NCBI GenBank assembly: GCA_963843335.1
Contig: CAWJKF010000008.1
Coordinates: 235,187 to 299,186, forward strand
Source of the DNA: an uncultured Chloroflexia bacterium
GTDB taxonomy: Bacteria > Chloroflexota > Limnocylindria > Limnocylindrales > CSP1-4
Reading direction: 5' to 3'
DNA length: 64,000 nt
Made by a program: the position numbers and the translations under genes. Under the pieces are notes generated by a model that worked only from the letters and a program-made list of their open reading frames with translations, was not told the DNA's origin and did not search any database. Of the stretch, positions 40,331-50,770 are shown piece after piece; position 1 is the stretch's first letter, and every line of letters begins with the position of its first letter.

Positions 40331-40429
40331 GGCCGGAGGACCGAGCCGGGCCGGAGGACCGAGCAGGCCGGAAGGAGCGAGGCAGGCCGCAGGAGCGAGG
40401 CAGGCCGCAGGAGCGAGGCAGGCCTCAGG
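40331..40429. repeat. Degenerate ~18-bp tandem repeat (5 copies plus a partial)
   Basis: ggccggaggaccgagc.. grading into ggccgcaggagcgaggca; the last partial unit contains the fabF stop codon. Confidence 0.8.
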
Positions 40430-41695
40430 CCTGGAAGCGCCGGAAGACCGCCACGGCGTTCTGGCCGCCGAAGCCGAAGCCGTTGATGATCGCGGTGTCC
40501 ACTCGCCGCTGGCGCGCCACGTTGGGCGTGTAGTCCAGGTCGCACTCCGGCAGGTCGGGGTTGCGCCAGGTTGATGGTCGGCGGCACGACGTTGTCGCGG
40601 ATGGCTCCGATGGCCGTCAACGCGCTCATCACGCCCGCAGCGCCGAGCAGGTGGCCGACCATCGACTTGGGTGACGAGATCGCCACCTTCCGCGCGTGGT
40701 CGCCAAAGGCCGCCTTGATGGCGCGCGTCTCGGTCACATCGTTGAGCGGCGTCGAGGTCCCATGGGCCACGATGTAGTCGACCTCATCGGGCGCGATGCC
40801 AGCGTCGCGGAGCGCCAGCGTCATGGCCCGGGTCGCGCCGCGGCCGGTCGGCTCGGGCGCCGAGATGTGGAAGGCGTCGGCGGTCAGGGCCGCGCCAAGG
40901 ACCTCGGCGTGGATGGTCGCGCCGCGGGCGAGCGCATGCTCGGCACTCTCGAGCACGACCACACCCGCGCCCTCACCGAACAGGAACCCGTCGCGGTCGC
41001 GATCGAACGGCCGTGAGGCGCGGCTGGGGTCGTCGTTGCGCTTGGACAGCGCGCCCATGTTGGACAGCGCGGCGAATGCGATGGGCAGCAGTGGCGCCTC
41101 CGAGCCACCCGCCAGGACGACGTCCACCTCGCCCCGCTGGATGAGGCGCAGGCCATCGAGGAAGGCGATGACCGAGCTGGCACACGCGGCGACCTGGGTG
41201 GTCACCGGTCCGGTCAGCCCATACTCCATCGAGAGCATGCAGGCGGCCATCGAGCCGGACAGTGCCGGGATCGCGAACGGGCTGACCTGCCCGGGGCCCT
41301 TGCGCTGGAGGGTCGCGGTACCATCGATGACCTGCTCCTGGCCGCCCCCGCTGGTATTCACCGTGACCGCCACGCGATCCCGCTGGTCGGCGTCCCAGGT
41401 CGAGAAGTCGAGGCCGGCGTCCGCGACCGCCTCCTTGCCTGCTGCCATGCCCAGGTGGATGAAGCGGCTCATGCGGCGAGCCATCTTGCGATCCATCGCC
41501 ACGGTCGGGTCGAAGTCCTTGACCTCGGCCGCGATGCGCACGTCATACGGGGTCGCGTCGAAATGGGTGATGGGACCGCCTCCGCTGACGCCGGCGACCA
41601 GGTTCCGCCAGAACGTGGCGTGGTCGTTGCCGATGGGCGTCACGGCACCCAGGCCGGTGACGACGGCGCGGCGGGACAGGTCGGTACTCGGGCAC
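40425..41695 (-). CDS. fabF: Beta-ketoacyl-ACP synthase II, paralogue 1 (indels at the start and near 40560)
   Basis: [15 protein letters not shown] (Cys), [10 protein letters not shown] (His), GHLLGAAG (His) and NGFGFGGQN. Confidence 0.9.
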
Positions 41696-41715
41696 GATGG
41701 GGCTCCTCGGGGTGG

Positions 41716-42571
41716 TCAGCGTATGGTAGCGGTCAGGGCGCGTCGCTCTGCCGCCCGCGCCTGCGGCATCGCCCGCCAGCCGCGCGGCACCAGATGGGTC
41801 CAGAGGCGGACGCCCCGGCCGAGGAGTCGGGCTCGTCGCGCCCGGGGATATCCCCACGCGATGCCGTAGCCGCACGGATCGGTCCGGCAGCAATCCCAGG
41901 CCCGGCAGCGCCAGCACGTCGACCGCCCAGCCCGGCGCCCGTGGGAGCGGTGGCCGGATGAGCATCGGCGCCATCGACCGCGCCGTGTCGGTGACCTGGA
42001 TCGGCCCGTCCGGTGCCAGCATCCGGTCCCACCAGGCCACCAGGTGCGGCCAGTCGACGGGGCTGACCGCGCAGCGGGATGCCCATTCGTACGCCGACCC
42101 CCCGTGCCTGCTGCCACAGGTCGTCCGCCTCGTGTCGGTGACCGGCCCGACCCACGAGCGGTATGCGTCGACGCTCGTCATCACCAGCGTGGCCTGGACC
42201 CACAGCAGCAGCTCCGGGTCGAGCGCCCGGTACCGAGCGGCACCGCTGATGCGCGCCGCATCCGGATGGGTCACGTCCCCACGGACCGTGGCATGGACGC
42301 CGTTGAGCCTCCGGAGCGCACGCTCGGCGGTCGGGCCATCCCCGAACACGAGGGCCATCGTGGTGTCGAGCGTCCGCCGGAGACGCCCGAACGGGTCCGC
42401 CCGGAAATCGCTGTGCTGGGCGACTCCCTCCGCCACGAGTGGATGCGCGACCTGGAGCAGCAACGCCGCGGGTCCGGCGCCGAGCAGCACCGCCTCGCGA
42501 TTGATGCGCCACATGGCGGACCCGGGACCGTAGAAGCCGAGCACCGGGTCCGGCCGGCGGGCTGGGGTCAC
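41716..42571 (-). CDS. Oxygenase MpaB/DUF2236-family protein (frameshifts in the 3' half)
   Basis: GPGSAMWRINRE, ALLLQVAHPLVAEGVAQHSDF, GRLRRT, VHATVRG and YRALDPELLLWVQATL. Confidence 0.82.
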
Positions 42572-42951
42572 TCGGCGGGAAGCTCGAGGTCCGCGAGCGG
42601 CACATCCCAGTGCGCCTCGAGCAGCTCGAAGCGACGCGCCTCCTCCGCCAGGAAGCGCTCCTGGTCGGGGTACAGCCGGAGCTTGATGGCGGCTTCGCTG
42701 TGGGCCTCCAGGGCGGCCCAGTCGCGATACGTGATGGTCACCATCACATCCCAGTCCGCACGGCCATCACCGTGGTAGCGCGGCTCGTACAGCCGCACAT
42801 CGGTGAAGCGGCCGGACGTGAGCTGCTCGCGGAGGATCGGCCAGTGGTTGCGCCGGAAGAGGTCGAGCCACTCCTCGTGGTGGCCCCACCGGACGCGGTA
42901 GAAGTAGGCAGCGGTGATGGGTCGGGCAGCTGACGGGGTGTTCATGCTCAT
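42568..42951 (-). CDS. Hypothetical protein, probable dimeric alpha-beta barrel (NIPSNAP/EthD-like)
   Basis: YFYRVRWGHHEEWLDLF...WDVMVTITYRDWAAL...HWD; coupled to the MpaB-like gene by a GTGA overlap. Confidence 0.55.
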   Translation of the reverse strand: MSMNTPSAARPITAAYFYRVRWGHHEEWLDLFRRNHWPILREQLTSGRFTDVRLYEPRYHGDGRADWDVMVTITYRDWAALEAHSEAAIKLRLYPDQERFLAEEARRFELLEAHWDVPLADLELPAE

Positions 42952-43089
42952 GGCTCATCTTCGCACCGGAAGCCCTTGGGCCGGGTCCGCCGCTGCGGCG
43001 GGAGCCCGATGTGCCTGGAGCCGTCGCGCCTTGACGCCGGATGTGACACTGCCCGGGACACCCTGCCCGGACGAGAGAAGGAGACCCAG

Positions 43090-44232
43090 ATGTCGCGCAC
43101 CCGACACCTGCGCCGTGCGCTGCCCGCTGGCGTGCTCGCGCTCGCCCTCGTGGCTGCTCCGGCGCTCGCGGACTTCCATCCGTCGATCGTCATCCAGACG
43201 AGCGACGCCAACGAGGACCTGACGGCCAGCGACATGGGGTTCCAGGGAGCCGTACAGGTGGTCGGTATCGACCGGTCGACGGGCGCCGGTCGGTCGATCA
43301 CGATGGCATACAGCACCGATCGTGGCGCCAGCTGGAGCTCGGCCGGGCAGGCTGACGCGCGAGAGTCGCAGGTGACGGTCTGTGGTGGCGACCCGATGGT
43401 CATCTACGCCCAGGCGAATGGCCCCGGCAGCTGGACCATCGGGAGCATGGCCTTCGATGTGTCGGGCAGCATCTTCGGCTTCCGTGACTGGACGAGCTCG
43501 GGTGTGGCGCGCAAGCCCGATGTGGCGTGCGTCGCGGGCGCCAGGGTGGTCGCGGCCTGGTTCCAGAAGTCGGGCAGCGACTACCGGGTCAAGGTCAGGG
43601 CCCAGAAGGTCGTCGGCGAGGACCTCACGCCCCAGGCGTTCGACCTGGGTGTCGGGACGATGGGCCGTGGGCTCGCGGTCGCCACGAGCAAGACCCGCGC
43701 GTACGTGGCCTGGTTCCAGGGCAACGACCTCAAGCTCCGCCGGTTCTCCATCGGCACCGACGCGGGTCACACGCTCACCAGCCTGGGCACGAGCACCATC
43801 GCGAGCCTCCGGTATGGCCTCTACCCCGAGCTCGGCGCGCAGGGCAGCACGGTGGTGCTGGCGCTTATGGACCGGGCATCGCTCAAGGTCCGTCGGAGCA
43901 CCAACAGCGGCGGCTCGTTCGGGGCGAGCGTGACGCTCCGCACCGAGCCCTTTCCCTCGGAGATCGGGATCTCCCCCACGACGGTCGCGGTCCGTGGCTC
44001 GCGGGTGGCTATCGGCGCCATCGAGATCGGGGGTGACATCACGGTCCAGGGCAAGGGGTTCGGGTACCTGAGCACGAACCGGGGGTCGAGCTTCACCAAG
44101 CAGGCGAGCCACGCCGGCGGACGGACGGTGGCCAGCCTGGTCCTGGTCGGTGACACCTATCGCTATTCGGAGGCGTGGGACCAGTCCATCAGCGACCCCA
44201 CGACCCAGGTCATCCGCTACCGACGCCAGTAG
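43090..44232 (+). CDS. Secreted protein with BNR/Asp-box (sialidase-like) repeats
   Basis: Signal peptide; YSTDRGASWS, RSTNSGGSFG and LSTNRGSSFT. Confidence 0.7.
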   Translation: MSRTRHLRRALPAGVLALALVAAPALADFHPSIVIQTSDANEDLTASDMGFQGAVQVVGIDRSTGAGRSITMAYSTDRGASWSSAGQADARESQVTVCGGDPMVIYAQANGPGSWTIGSMAFDVSGSIFGFRDWTSSGVARKPDVACVAGARVVAAWFQKSGSDYRVKVRAQKVVGEDLTPQAFDLGVGTMGRGLAVATSKTRAYVAWFQGNDLKLRRFSIGTDAGHTLTSLGTSTIASLRYGLYPELGAQGSTVVLALMDRASLKVRRSTNSGGSFGASVTLRTEPFPSEIGISPTTVAVRGSRVAIGAIEIGGDITVQGKGFGYLSTNRGSSFTKQASHAGGRTVASLVLVGDTYRYSEAWDQSISDPTTQVIRYRRQ

Positions 44233-44261
44233 CGGGGACTCGGGCGCCGCGACCCGGCTCC

Positions 44262-45524
44262 TCAGTCGCCGTCGTAGCGCTTGAAGATGACGGCGCCGTT
44301 GTGGCCACCCAGCCCGATGTTGTCGGACATGGCATAGCGGATCTCCATCGGCCGCGACTTGCCGTGGACCACGTCGAGCACGATCTCCGGGTCCGGCTCC
44401 GTGTAGTTGAGCGTCGCGGGCGCCAGCTGATGGTGGACCGAGAGGACCGTGAAGACGCCCTCGACGGCTCCCGCGGCGCCCATCAGGTGGCCGGTCATCG
44501 ACTTGGTGCCCGTGATGGCGATCTCCGTGGCCCGGTCGCCGAAGACGGAGTGGATCGCCTGGGCCTCGCGCAGGTCGCCCAGCGGCGTCGACGTGCCATG
44601 GGGGTTGATGAGGTCGATCTGGTCGCGTGGCACGTCGTGGCGATACAGCGCGAACTCCATCGCCCGCCGCGTGCCATCGCCCTTCTCGACCGGCTGGATG
44701 AGGTCCCAGGCGTCGCCCGCGGAACCAAAGCCGACGACCTCGGCGTAGATCCGGGCGCCGCGTGCCTTCGCCAGGTCGAGGTCCTCGAGCACCATGGCGC
44801 CGGCGCCCTCACCGAGCACGAAGCCGTTGCGGCTCTTGTCGAACGGGCGAGAGATCGATGACAGCCCCTCGTCACCGCGGGGCGTGCCCATGCCCCGCAT
44901 GTTGCTGAAGCCGACGTAGCCGACCTCGAACAGGGGGGTCTCGGTCGAGCCGCAGATGACGGTGGTGAAGTCACCCCGGCGGATGCCCTCGGCCGCCTCG
45001 CCGATGTTGTGGGTGCCCGTCGAGCAGGCAGTGACGATGCACATGTTCGGGCCGCGGGCGCCGAGCTCGATGGCGATCTGGCCCGACGCGGTGTCGGGCA
45101 GCATGTTGGCGATGAAGAATGGGCTGACCGAACGGGGCCGCGACTTCATGGTCTCGATGGCATCCGCCATCAATCCCGGGCCGCCGACGCCGGAGCCGAA
45201 GACGACGCCGACCTCGTCGGCGTTCGAGTCGTCGATGACGAGGCCCGCGTCGGCCGCCGCCTGCTTTGCCGCAGCGACCCCGAAGACGACGTTCTTGTCG
45301 GTGCGTCGCACCGCCTTGAAGTCCATCCACGCGTTGGGGTCGAAGTCATGGACCTCGCCCGCGGCCTGGCAATCCATCGCGGACGCGTCCCAGTAGGTGA
45401 TCTGGCGCAGTCCGGACGTGCCGGCGGTCAGGTTCGCCCACGCGGTCGGGATGTCGGACCCCACCGGGCTCACGATGCCCAGGCCGGTGACGGCGACACG
45501 ACGGCTGAAATCGGGCTTGCGCAT
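44262..45524 (-). CDS. fabF: Beta-ketoacyl-ACP synthase II, paralogue 2
   Basis: RVAVTGLG, VTACSTG (Cys), PHGTSTPLGD, GHLMGAAG and GLGGHNG; intact ORF. Confidence 0.92.
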   Translation of the reverse strand: MRKPDFSRRVAVTGLGIVSPVGSDIPTAWANLTAGTSGLRQITYWDASAMDCQAAGEVHDFDPNAWMDFKAVRRTDKNVVFGVAAAKQAAADAGLVIDDSNADEVGVVFGSGVGGPGLMADAIETMKSRPRSVSPFFIANMLPDTASGQIAIELGARGPNMCIVTACSTGTHNIGEAAEGIRRGDFTTVICGSTETPLFEVGYVGFSNMRGMGTPRGDEGLSSISRPFDKSRNGFVLGEGAGAMVLEDLDLAKARGARIYAEVVGFGSAGDAWDLIQPVEKGDGTRRAMEFALYRHDVPRDQIDLINPHGTSTPLGDLREAQAIHSVFGDRATEIAITGTKSMTGHLMGAAGAVEGVFTVLSVHHQLAPATLNYTEPDPEIVLDVVHGKSRPMEIRYAMSDNIGLGGHNGAVIFKRYDGD

Positions 45525-45530
45525 TCGGGA

Positions 45531-46490
45531 CTACTCCGTGGCGGGGGGCTGGTGCAGGAGGGTGGCGGGATCGGCCACGCCACCTGGCGCGGCCGGGTCG
45601 TCGGTGGCGAGCGTCGTCGCATCCGGGGTGATGCGTCGGATGAGGTTCGTGAGCACCTTGCCCGGGCCCACCTCCAGGAACGTGTCGACGCCGTCGTCGC
45701 GCATCGTCTGGACGGCCCGGACCCAGTCCACGCCCCGCGTCAGGTGCTCGATGAGCTCCGCACGGCAGTCCTCGCCGGTGGTCAGGAGGTGCGCGTCGGC
45801 ATTGGCCAGGAGGGGCGCGACCGGGTCACGGAAGGTGATCCGCGCCAGCTCCGTGCGCATCCCCTCGGCGGCCGTGGCCATGAGCGGCGAATGGGCCGCG
45901 ACGCTCACCGGCAGCACCAGTGCACGCTTGGCGCCAAGTGCTCGGGCGGCATCCGCGGCAGCCTGGACGGCCGCGGTCGAGCCGCTGACCACGATCTGGC
46001 CGGGTGAGTTGCGGTTGGCGACCGTGAACACTCCCACGGCGCTGCCGACCGTCTCGAGCTCCGGGATGCGCGCATCGTCGAGACCGATGAAGGCGGCCAT
46101 CGCGCCGTCCGGCGACGAGCCCTGCATCAGCTGGCCCCGCACGCGCACCAGCCGCAGCGCATCGGCGAGGTCCAGCACCCCGGCGGCGACCATGGCGCTG
46201 TACTGGCCCATCGAATGACCCGCGAAGAAGGCAGGTGCCGGGAGGCCGACTTCGGCCGCGAGCGGGGTCCAGGCGCGGTAGAGAGCGATGGACATCGCGA
46301 GGATCGCCGGCTGGGAGTTCTCCGTCAGGTCCAGCCGCTCGGCCGGGCCGTCGAGGATGAGCGTGCTGAGGGCGCCGCCCAGCGCGGCGTCTGCCTCCAG
46401 GAACGTGCCACCCGCAGCCGTCCCGGCGAGGGTGCGACCCATGCCCACCGATTGCGAACCCTGACCGGGAAAGACGAGCGCCAGTCGCAC
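45531..46490 (-). CDS. fabD: Malonyl-CoA:ACP transacylase
   Basis: VFPGQGSQ, QPAI, GHSMGQYSA, NRNSPGQIVVSG, VAAHS and EVGPGKVL. Confidence 0.93.
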   Translation of the reverse strand: MRLALVFPGQGSQSVGMGRTLAGTAAGGTFLEADAALGGALSTLILDGPAERLDLTENSQPAILAMSIALYRAWTPLAAEVGLPAPAFFAGHSMGQYSAMVAAGVLDLADALRLVRVRGQLMQGSSPDGAMAAFIGLDDARIPELETVGSAVGVFTVANRNSPGQIVVSGSTAAVQAAADAARALGAKRALVLPVSVAAHSPLMATAAEGMRTELARITFRDPVAPLLANADAHLLTTGEDCRAELIEHLTRGVDWVRAVQTMRDDGVDTFLEVGPGKVLTNLIRRITPDATTLATDDPAAPGGVADPATLLHQPPATE

Positions 46491-46609
46491 GCGATGGGCC
46501 TCCTCGGGGTGTCGGAGCGTGACCCAGAGGCAGGCGCGCTCAGGCCGCCAACGGCGTCCTCCGCGAACCCTACCAAACTGGTGACGACCGGTGGCTGGAA
46601 TATGTGCAA

Positions 46610-46623
46610 CGATGCACGCATCG
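46610..46623. promoter_or_regulatory. Palindrome CGATGC-ac-GCATCG between divergent fabD and the MarR gene
   Basis: 6-bp arms next to the AT-richer patch gaatatgtgcaac. Confidence 0.35.
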
Positions 46624-46676
46624 CTGATGTCGGGTCCGGCTCTCCCGGCCGCGCCAAGCTGTGAGGAAGCGCATTC

Positions 46677-47202
46677 GTGACCGCGGAGCAACGCACGGAA
46701 GGGCTGCTCGACCCCGTCGTGCAGGCGGCCCGCGAGGAGCTTGGCGCCGCCGGCCTGCCGGGCGACCGGATCCTCGTGCTGCGGGCGATCTGGCGCGACC
46801 TCATCATCGGTTGCGCCTCCCAGCTCGAGCGAGCAGGGGCTGGGATTCCTCCAGCTCATCGCCCTGTACGCGGTCGCCGGCACGGGCACGCTCACCGTCG
46901 CGGACCTGGGGGAGTCGCTCGCTCGCTCGCCGTCGGCCGCCAGCCGGGTCGCCAGCGGCCTCGAACGGCGGGGTCTGCTGCGCCGAACCGAGGAGGAGGC
47001 CGACAGGCGTCAGCGGCTGCTGACCCTGACCCCGCAGGGCGCCGCGCTCCTGGCGGTCTTCGACCGTGCCCGAGCCGACCAGTTCCTCGCGGTCGTCCGA
47101 CCCCTGCCGATGGCCGACCGGGCGATGCTCGGCATGGCGGTCGGCTCGCTCGCGACCCGCGCCATGACCCGCTCCGGCCGGCTCATCAAGGTCGCAGGCT
47201 GA
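46677..47202 (+). CDS. MarR-family transcriptional regulator (frameshift near 46830)
   Basis: LTVADLGESLARSPSAASRVASGLERRGLLRRTEEEADRRQRLLTLTPQG. Confidence 0.85.
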
Positions 47203-47259
47203 GCCCTCTAGAATCGATCCGCCGCACCCACTGGGCGCCGGCCGTTGCGGACCAGGGGG

Positions 47260-48221
47260 CTAGAAGACGCTGTTGGCGTTGTAGAAGCGCTCGACGTTGT
47301 CGATGGTGATGAGCGGCGAGGGCAAGACGGTGTCCTTGGGTGCCTGGGCACCGGCGAGGATGGCCATCAGGCGGTTGAAGCCGGCACGGCCGATCTGGTC
47401 GGCGCTGTTGAGGCCGGTCGCCTGGTAGATGCCGTCCTTCATGATCTCGACGAGAGCTTCCTTCTGGCCGTCGACGCCAGCCACGAAGACCTGGTCGGCG
47501 AGGCCCTGCTCCTCGATGACCTTCTGGGCGCCGAGGCACATGGAGTCGTTCTCGCAGAAGATGGCCGCGAGGTCAGGGTTCTGCGCCAGCAGTGTCTCGG
47601 CTGCGGTGACGCCGCCGTCGGTGCTCCAGCCCGCGAAGTCGGGGTAATCGACGACCTCGATGCCGGTCCCCGAGACTTGCTGAGCAGGCCATCGGTGCGG
47701 TCCGAGGCCGATGCTGTTGTCAGCCGGGCCGCCGCGGATGACGCCGAGCTTGCCGCTGCCGCCGAGCTGGTCGACGATGAACTGGCCATCCTGGACGCCG
47801 AGGGCGTAGTTGTCGGGGCCGACCCAGCTGGTGTAGTCGCTGCCCTTGAGCATGCGGTCGACCATGACCACCGGGATGCCGGCGGCTGCGATCGCGGCAA
47901 GCGCTGCGGGCGCGGCTTCGATGAAGGCGGCGCTGAGCACGATGCCGTCGACGTTCTGCGCGATGAGGTCCTCGATGTCCGAGGTGAGCTTCTCGACGTC
48001 ACCGTCGGCGTTGGTGACGACCACTTCGACGTTGGGATAGACGGCGGCCTCGGCCTGGACGGCCTCGGACATGCCGATGAAGTAGGGCGCAGCTCAGCGA
48101 CAGGTTGGCCATGCCGATCTTGAGTTGATGCCTTCGTCCTGGGCGCGACGCCACACCGACGGTGGCCAACGCCAGGGATGCGGCGAGCATCGCCGCCGCC
48201 AAACGCTTGATTCGCTTGCAT
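47260..48221 (-). CDS. Sugar ABC transporter substrate-binding protein (RbsB-like; frameshifts)
   Basis: DIEDLIAQNVDGIV, IPVVMVDR, VGPDNYALG, AIFCENDSM and VAGVDGQ. Confidence 0.85.
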
Positions 48222-48306
48222 GATCCTGACTCCTCGTTTCCAGGGCCTGCTTCGATGGGCGGGACCGTGATGCCGGATCGTGATCGCGGTCAGTTCAGGT
48301 CATAGC

Positions 48307-49262
48307 TCAGCGCTCCTTCCGTCGCGCAAGGACGGCGATGACGATGAGGGCGCCCTTGAAGATCTGCTGGTAGTAGGACTGCACGTTGAACAGGTTGAGC
48401 AGGTTGCTGATGAGGCCAAGGAGCACGACGCCCATGAAGGTGCCTCGGACGCTGCCGCCGCCACCGCCGAGGATGGCCCCGCCGATGACGCAGGCGGCGA
48501 TCGCGTCGAGCTCCACGCCTGAACCCACGCTGGGCTGGGCGATGCCGACGCGCGATGCTAGGACCACGCCGGCCACCCCGGCGAAGAAGGCGCAGATGGC
48601 ATAGGCGAGGACGATGTGGGAGCGGACGTTGATGCCCGCCAGGCGGACGGCTTCCTCATTGCCGCCGATGGCCGATGATGGCGCGCCCGGGGGTCGTGCG
48701 ATTCAGGAAGAAGCTCACCGCGAGGTAGGCCACGCGCATGAACACGGTGATCGGCCGGCAGGGGCCCGAGGCATCGCCGAGCCGATGCCGAGGAAGCTGG
48801 GATCGGACGTAGACGACCGGCGTCTCGGAGATGACGAAGACCAGCCCGCGGACGGCCGAGAGCGTGCCAAGGGTCACGATGAACGGCTGCGATGGCGAAG
48901 CGGGCGACGATGAAGCCGTTGACGAGGCCCGACGAGCGGCGCGACAGCGAGGGCGAGGACGACGGCGAGCGGCGATCGGGCATGGACTCGACTGAGGACG
49001 CCCATGGCAGGATGGCGCTGAGGGCGACGACTGCGCCAACAGAGAGGTCGATGCCACCGGAGAGGATCACCACGAGCATGCCCAGGCTGATGAGTCCATT
49101 GATGACCGATCTGGCGCAGCAGGTTGAGGATGTTGTTCTGGGTCAGGAACGTATCGGAAGAGACGGCGGCGACGGCGATGAGGAGCAGGAGCGCCGCGGG
49201 CACCATGACCACGGCTCCAGCGGAAGCCCTCCCGCGATCGCCAGCGCGGCGACACCGCTCAT
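48307..49262 (-). CDS. Sugar ABC transporter permease (RbsC-like; many frameshifts)
   Basis: [32 protein letters not shown] and [13 protein letters not shown]. Confidence 0.8.
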
Positions 49263-50770
49263 GCCACGGCCTCTGCGACGCCCGACGCGATGGCCAGCAG
49301 ACGTTCCTCGGTCGCATCGCACGCGGCGACCTCGCCGGCGATGCGCACCCTGGCGCATGACCACGATGCGGTCAGTCATGCCGATGATCTCGGGCAGGTC
49401 GGACGAGATGAGCAGCACCGCCCGCCCTTCGTCGGCGATGCCAGCGATGATCTGGTAGATCTGCACCTTGGTGGCGACATCGACGCCTCGCGTCGGCTCG
49501 TCGAGGATCTGGACGCGAGCACCGCGGATGCAGCCATTTGCCGAAGACGACCTTCTGCTGGTTGCCACCACTCATGCGCCGGACTGGGCCGTCGAGGCCG
49601 CGGCGGCCGGATGTCGAGTGACTCGACCTGGGAGCGCGCGGCCTGTCGCTGACGCCGACACGGACAGCAGTCCATGGCGGCTGAGGCGCTGGAACGAGGC
49701 CAGCGTGAGGTTGTCGGGGACCGCGCCCGGCATGACCAAGCCCTGGCGAGCCCGCTCCTCGGCCAGCATGGCCACGCCGGCCCGCAATGCGTCGGCCGGC
49801 GAGCGCGGCGCGTACGCTGCTCCATCGACCAGCATGCTGCCGCCACTGGTCCGCGCGGCCCCGAAGATGGCTCGAGCCAGCTCCGTACGTCCCGAGCCGA
49901 CCAGGCCGAAGACGCCCACGATCTCACCCTGGGCGAGCGACAGGCTCACGTCCCGGAAGCCCGGGCCCGACAACCGGTCGAGCTCCAGGGCGCGCGGCCC
50001 GGGTTCAGGGGTCCGCACCGGGTAGATCTCACTCAGGGGACGGCCGACCATCATCCGGATGAGCGCCGGCTGGTCGATGGCTCCGGGTGTGACGGTACCC
50101 ACCATCCGTCCGTCCTTGAGCACGGTGATGCGGTCCGCGATCTGGAGCACCTCGTCGAGACGATGCGAGACGTACAGCACGGTCGTGCCCGCCGCCCGGA
50201 CGGCATGCAGCACGGCGAACAGACGGTCAAGCTCGGCATTCGAGAGCACCGCGGAGGGTTCGTCGAGGATGAGCACGCGCGGCTCGCCCCGGAGCGCCTT
50301 GGCGATCTCTACCATCTGGCGCTGCGAGATCGCCCAGCCGGTCGACCCGGGTCCGTCCGTCGATGCCGCCGAAGTCCAGAGCCGCCAGCATCCGCTGCGC
50401 TTCCCGGTGCGCCTCGGGCCAGTCGATGATCGCCGGGCAAGCTGGTGGGCATCTCGCCCAGGAGCAGGTTCTCGGTCACCCCGAGATGCGGCACCAGGCT
50501 GAGCTCCTGGTGCACGGCTCGGATGCCCTGGCGCCGTGCATCCAGTGGGGTTCGCGGATCGACCCGCTCGCCATCGAGCGAGATCGTGCCGGCGTCGCGC
50601 GAGACGACGCCTGCCAGGATGCGCATCAGGGTGGACTTGCCAGCACCGTTCTCGCCCACCAGGGCATGGATCTCGCCACGCTGAGCGGAGAAGTCCACCC
50701 CGTGCAGCACCTGCGCCGCGTCGTATCGCTTGTCGATGCCGAGCATCTCGACGCGATCGGGCTCCGTCAT
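49259..50770 (-). CDS. Sugar ABC transporter ATP-binding protein (RbsA-like; frameshifts)
   Basis: [44 protein letters not shown] and [11 protein letters not shown]. Confidence 0.88.

Noticed and set aside
40064-40429. CRISPR array
   Set aside because: The repeats are either one inverted pair or head-to-tail 18-mers without unique spacers; there are no cas genes.
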